From: Eledone cirrhosa
Taxonomy: Eukaryota
Reading direction: 5' to 3'
Length of the DNA stretch: 64,000 nucleotides
Assembly (NCBI GenBank): GCA_964016885.1
Contig: OZ024744.1
Location: 49,290,001 to 49,354,000, forward strand
Part shown: positions 58,324 through 64,000 of the stretch, in pieces
Layout of the letters: every line of letters begins with the position of its first letter
Position numbering within the stretch: position 1 is the stretch's first letter
Made by a program: the position numbers and the translations under genes
The notes under the pieces: generated by a model
Told to the model about the DNA's origin: nothing
Seen by the model: the letters and a program-made list of their open reading frames with translations, nothing else
Databases searched by the model: none

Positions 58324-59368
58324 CTGTCAAAATATAAAAAAAAACATGTATGTATGTATGTATGCATGTATATATGCGTGTATGTATGTAAAAGGTAAAC
58401 AGAAATAAGAAATGACACAGTACATTGAAGAAATATATTAGTTTAACGCTTGAAATATATATATAGTAGTTGTAATTGGTAGGTAAAAATATCGAAGGTA
58501 TAGAATAACCTAAGACCATAGGACGAGTTTGAGTACAATTATTAATGCCAGTTACAACAGCACCATACCAGGTATGTACGTTTCATTAGCCCTGAGGACC
58601 AATTGTTCAACCTGTGCTGATGAAAATAAACTGGCTGCTCTATACCTTGGATATTTTTACCTACAAATTGCTACTATATATTTATATATGTGTGTGAACG
58701 GAAATCCAACAACATATATATATATGTTGTTGTTGGACCTCTTGTTTTCCAACGATGTGTGCTCCAGTTGATTCAATCAATGAAACTGCCTACTTGTGGA
58801 ATTCACATGTCAGTGGCTGAGCATTCCACAAACATGTGCACACTCTCAACATATTTCTTAGGGAAATTTAGCACAACACAATGTGTGTTAATGCTGGCCT
58901 CTTGAATTACAGGTCCAACACAGGTTTACCAGCTGAGTGAGTTGGAGTAATGTAAAGCCTCATGCTAAAGGACACAATACAATATCCAATCCAGAGATTG
59001 CACTCATAACCTTATGATCATGAGACCAACACCCCAACCACTAAAGCACACACTTTCACATACATAGATATGTATGTATATAAACATATATACAGAGATT
59101 GATAAACATATAAGTATATATGTATATAAATATAAACATATTCATCATCAAACCCATGCTAGCATAGAATGGACATTAAACGATGATGATAATGATGATA
59201 CATATATTCTTTCATTCTTTTAATGGTTTCAGTCATTGGACTGCGGCCATGCTGGAGCACCACCCTAATATATTTTCTTTCAATTTTGTTGTAGTTTTAT
59301 GGCTGAAAGTTGGTCTATAATTGAGTTTGTAGCAGCTGATATTTCTTGAGTTATTGTATCCTTGTATG

Positions 59369-59529
<161 letters not shown>

Positions 59530-59657
59530 GTATATGTATACACACACACATAGATGGCCTGTTTCCCAGTGAACTGAAGAATATTTTGGAAAATCCCCAA
59601 AATCAACACCATTAGATTCTTGGCGCATACATGTGTGTGTGCGTGCGTGTGTGTGTG

Positions 59658-59692
<35 letters not shown>

Positions 59693-59787
59693 TCTAGAAA
59701 TTCTAGAGACTAAAGAATTCATGTGTATAAGTATATATGAAAGTACAGCTGAATATGTTTGTTTTTATATCTTCATGAGCATGTACT

Positions 59788-59818
<31 letters not shown>

Positions 59819-60004
59819 GATATATATATATGATATATATATATATTGAAATAGAAATAGAAGCTTCACCGTAATATTTTTTACTATAATATACTCTAAT
59901 AATGAGGCATATAAACCCAGGTTCGATTCCCATGTGTGCTGATACCCATCTTTTTCCATTCAGTGGGTTTATACACCCCATTATAAGACCATATTTTATA
60001 TGGT

Positions 60005-60091
<87 letters not shown>

Positions 60092-60360
60092 AAGTTGGAA
60101 ATACCATGGAAAATATGTTTTAGGGTCTGTTTTTCTATTTTTTCCTTTCTTTCATTTGTCAAAGTAACATTATTGAAAAAGTGATAGGGACAATTCTTTT
60201 AAAAAGTTTTATAATTATATAAAGTATATAAAGTGTTACCAGTTTCGATGTATTAGTAAAATTCATCTTATCAAATGTTGAGTATTACAATTAAAAAGAA
60301 TTAATAAGAATTTAAAAAAAAAATTAAAGATTTAAAATTAAAAGGTAAGTTTTTTTTCAT

Positions 60361-60395
<35 letters not shown>

Positions 60396-60628
60396 GCAGC
60401 TAGGTATGATATATCTTATTACTAATTATATCTAATGTTTCTTCTCTCTTCATAATGTATTATATAGCTCTGATACTGAATCAGTCTAATCCATTCGGAT
60501 TGGTTTGCCCCAGTTATTCATGGAGCAACATCGGTTGAGGTTGGTACCACTAACTCAGGGATATATGTGGATATATTCATGTGTATGTATGTGTCCGCAT
60601 GTATCTGTGTGTCTCTCTCTATATATTG

Positions 60629-60668
<40 letters not shown>

Positions 60669-61557
60669 ATTTTCATAACTCTACCCAGCATTACTTTCAG
60701 CCTCCTAAAATTCTAACACACTACACCTACCCTACACTCCTACACCCTTTCCATAAATCCCACCCTGTACCCCACCCTTCTTGGTAAATTTCACCACTGT
60801 ATCTCCCATGCTTCGGGAAGTTCAGCTCTCCCACCTCAAAGCTCTGTTAAATCCCTCCATTCCACAACACACCTTTCAACTTTCTCACACTCTCTCCTGC
60901 CTTCTTTAGAGTAGTGAGGGCTCTTCAGCTTTGTCAGATATGATAACCTCCTTAGTGTTGTAATTTACATGACAAATACACCAAGTAGACTCTGTAAAAT
61001 GGTTGGTTATAGGAAGGGCATGCAGCCATAAAAAGACTGCTAAACAAAGAGTATGGATGACTCTTTGGCTGTGTCAATGACATAACAAACTCTCTAGAGC
61101 AGGTGACAATAAAATACATTTGGTAGTGAGTGAGAATATTTGTAATTAAGATGCATGACCCTGGCCTGGCTGAGCACCTAGTAGAGTATGGGATTATCAG
61201 TAAGATGGAGGCCCCCAGTCCATTTGAAAGGTCACAAGCCCTGCTGAGTTCTAACTCATTTTATAATGATCCAACCCTTCCTGGTACAGAAAATGAATAT
61301 TAAATGATGATGATGATGATGATAAACATAAACACATATACAGAAAATACATATAAATAAGTGGTATCTTTCATATATATATATCATCATCATCATCACT
61401 ATTTAATGTCTATTTTTCCATGCTTGCATGGGTTAGTTGGGTTGTCATGTTATGAGACAAGTCATGTCAAGTGAGCACGTCTTATACAAACAGATCTGCA
61501 TTTTGGCATGGTTTCTACAGCTGAAGCCTTGTTGTTGGGTTAGTGAGGGTCACTTGA

Positions 61558-61596
61558 TAGTGAGCACTTTCAGATTAATAATCCTTCATCAGACTA
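61558..61596 (-). ncRNA. Minimal hammerhead motif; inverted partial twin at 61883-61917 (+)
   Basis: TAGT-CTGATGA-a GGATT att AATCT-GAAA-GTGC-TC-ACTA. It lies in inverted arms at about 61525-61592 and 61883-61960. Confidence 0.7.
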
Positions 61597-62851
61597 GATT
61601 ATTCTTGGCTTGACAAATTCATTACCTGTTTCCATGTGTCCAGGTCACTCCGACGGTTTAGGGTAGTCACTAGCTTCCTAATAAAAGGAGCCTTTGCTCA
61701 TCATATGTCTACCTTTGCTCTGCAAGTATTTTTGTGATTATGCTTCTTCTACATATTTCTTTGTGTTGAAATATTGCACTTGGAAGTGTCATTTAAAAAT
61801 AAATGTTCTTGTATTCTGTTATGTAGTTGACATTGTGTAGAACTGATGTAGTTGGCTCTGCATGCACATTTCAACTCTTACACTGATGAAGGATTATTAA
61901 TCCAAAAGTGCTCACTATCAAGTGACCCTCACTAACCCATACTAACCTTGCAACAAGGCTCATATACTGTAGCAATGTGACCATTCACAGTATCAATACT
62001 AACATTAATCCTAATCCTAACTCTAACATTAACTCTAATTTTAATTCTAACATTTACTCTTACACATTTCTCTTCCTAAACTTCTACCTTCACCTAAACG
62101 AATAATAAAACGAAACCTATACCATTATTAAACAATTTTTATCTCATTTATATTATTTTATTATATTCTAGCTTCTCTCTTTTAGTTCCCTATAGCTCAC
62201 CTTTCTTCCCTTGCTCTGAACTGCATACACTACAAAAAAGAACAACAACTGCACAACCCACTACACACACACATATATATATATGTATATGTGTGTGTGT
62301 GTGTGTGTATTCTACTGTCAGTAAAACAATGTATCTAGATTCTTATTCAATACAATAAAGTTAATGATAACAATATCATTTCTTTATTTGATGCAATAAA
62401 ACTATAAAATACACAACATCATAAAAACAACTTTATCTGTGAGGATAAGTTTTTGTTTAATACAATAAATTAAATGCTTTAAATAGTATATATAAACATG
62501 TGAAGATGTGTGGCTTAGTGGTTACAGTGCTGGATTTACAACCATGAGGTTGTCAGTTCAATTCCCTGACTGAGTGATGCGTTGTATTCTTGAGCAAAGC
62601 ACTCAACTGTAGAAATGAGTTGCAATGTCACTGGTGCCAAGCTATATTGACCTTAGTCTTTACCTTGGACAACTCCAGTTGTATGAAGAAAGGTGACTGG
62701 CATGCATGGGCGACTGATGGTCTTCCACAAAAACACCTTGCCTAGACTTGTGCCTCAGAGAGGAACTTTCTTGGTGTAAATCCAAAGGTCATTCATGACT
62801 GAAAGGGGTCTTTACCCTTTATATATAAAGATATGATAAAAATTAACTTAC

Positions 62852-63001
62852 CCATATGTACTAATTGTAGATAATTAATTAGTGCTTGTTTGTTTTTGTT
62901 CCAGAAATCAGGGAGGGTTGAAGCAGATGGGTACTTGCAGCATGACAATTCTACAGTTATTTCCATAACACCATGATAGTAGTTATAATCTTGCATACCT
63001 C
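62852..63001 (-). CDS. Exon of an M14B metallocarboxypeptidase (carboxypeptidase M/D-like), carrying the catalytic Glu
   Basis: Translates [50 protein letters not shown], matching the CPM/CPD/CPE motif GGMQD.NY....[12 protein letters not shown]. Acceptor ttcAG|GA, donor ATG G|GTAAG; 150 nt, phase 1-1. Confidence 0.95.
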
Positions 63002-63629
63002 CTGAATAGTAGGGAGAAATATATATATATGTATATATATATAAAATGATGTGTGTTTAAAATACTGTAGTATTTAAGACATTCAAACACTAACTGATTA
63101 CTTACTGAAATCAGTACTGGTGTGTAGAGTGCAAAAATATATTTTCTATGTAGAAAAATGGCAATGACTTGAAAGTCTTAGCCAGATGAAATGGCTAAGC
63201 TAAAACTTCAAAGTCACTGCCACTTATAAATATAAATACATACCATCACTGTTTAATGACTACTTTCAATACTTGGATGGATTAGATAAGTTGTCATGGT
63301 GTGTGACCAGACAGGTCACATGATCATGTCATGCTTCTGTGGATGATGTATGTGTGTGTGTGTTTGTGTATCATCATCAATGTCTAACATCTATTTTCAA
63401 TGCTTGCATGGGTTAGATGGGTTGTCATGTTCTCCAACTTGACAGATCATATTACTATTGGCATGGCCTCCACTGCTGGATACCCTTCCTAACACCAACC
63501 ATTTCATGGTACGTACAGGTGACGTATGTTCTATTATGACCACATCACTATGATCCAACAGGTTGGATTGGGTGCTTTGTATCGTGGCACCAACACTACC
63601 ACATTGTTAGCTTGCCAAGGAAGGGGTGA

Positions 63630-63875
63630 GAGAGGGGGAAGTGGCTTTAAAAACTGATATTGAAGTTATGATGTCCTTGGCAAGGCTAGGAAGGTGTTGG
63701 TGGGAGAGGATGCTACATTAGTCATGTCAAGGAAGGGGTATGAGGGGGAAGTGACTTTAAAGAGTGTCATTGAAGTTATGATATCCTTGGCAAGGTTAGG
63801 AAAGTGTTGGTGGGAGAGGGTGTTATATGTGTCATGCCAAGTAAGGGGTATAAGAAAGGGAAGTGGCCTTAGTGT
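63630..63875. repeat. ~110-bp purine-rich tandem repeat (two copies plus a partial)
   Basis: gaagtg(g/a)ctttaaa...ttgaagttatgat.tccttggcaagg.taggaa.gtgttggtgggagagg occurs twice. Confidence 0.8.
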
Positions 63876-64000
63876 AACTTCTAGAGGTATATTTGGGGGG
63901 GTGGGGGTACACCATACTTTCCATGTTGGTATGGTTGACTGAGGAAAGGAAAATCCAGGGCTCTGAGTGAAGGTAGTGAATGATGGGCTATGGTGGTAGT

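Noticed and set aside
58040-58519. Whole 159-aa ORF as a gene
   Set aside because: Only 58181-58323 is exon; the flanks are intronic read-through.
58617-58660. CTGATGA as a hammerhead core
   Set aside because: No GAAA after the putative stem II.

Overview
This is eukaryotic, very AT-rich, microsatellite-dense genomic DNA. The repeat content ((TA)n/(CA)n/(TACA)n tracts, tRNA-derived SINEs, RTE LINEs with (GAT)n tails, Penelope-like elements) suggests an octopus or other coleoid cephalopod; this is an inference. Almost all listed ORFs are artefacts of simple repeats. One real gene is visible on the minus strand: the 3' part of an M14B metallocarboxypeptidase (CPM/CPD-like), with exons at 62852-63001, 58181-58323, 45349-45478 and a probable terminal exon at 20845-21155. 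All have canonical splice sites and compatible phases. The rest is intronic or intergenic retroelement debris: several Penelope-like element (PLE) families, a young PHD-finger RTE LINE, a Tx1/L1 LINE in (TAA)n, REL-endonuclease remnants and two SINE families. The most striking signal is a dense set of type I hammerhead-ribozyme motifs (roughly 15-20 intact or decayed, in several sequence families). Many have a minimal palindromic stem III, some have non-canonical cores (CAGAAGA, CCGAGGA) or a U-U at the base of stem II. They sit mostly in short ORF-less fold-back cassettes inserted in (TA)n, which suggests a PLE-dependent non-autonomous ribozyme/fold-back element system. All structures were read by eye and none is validated.
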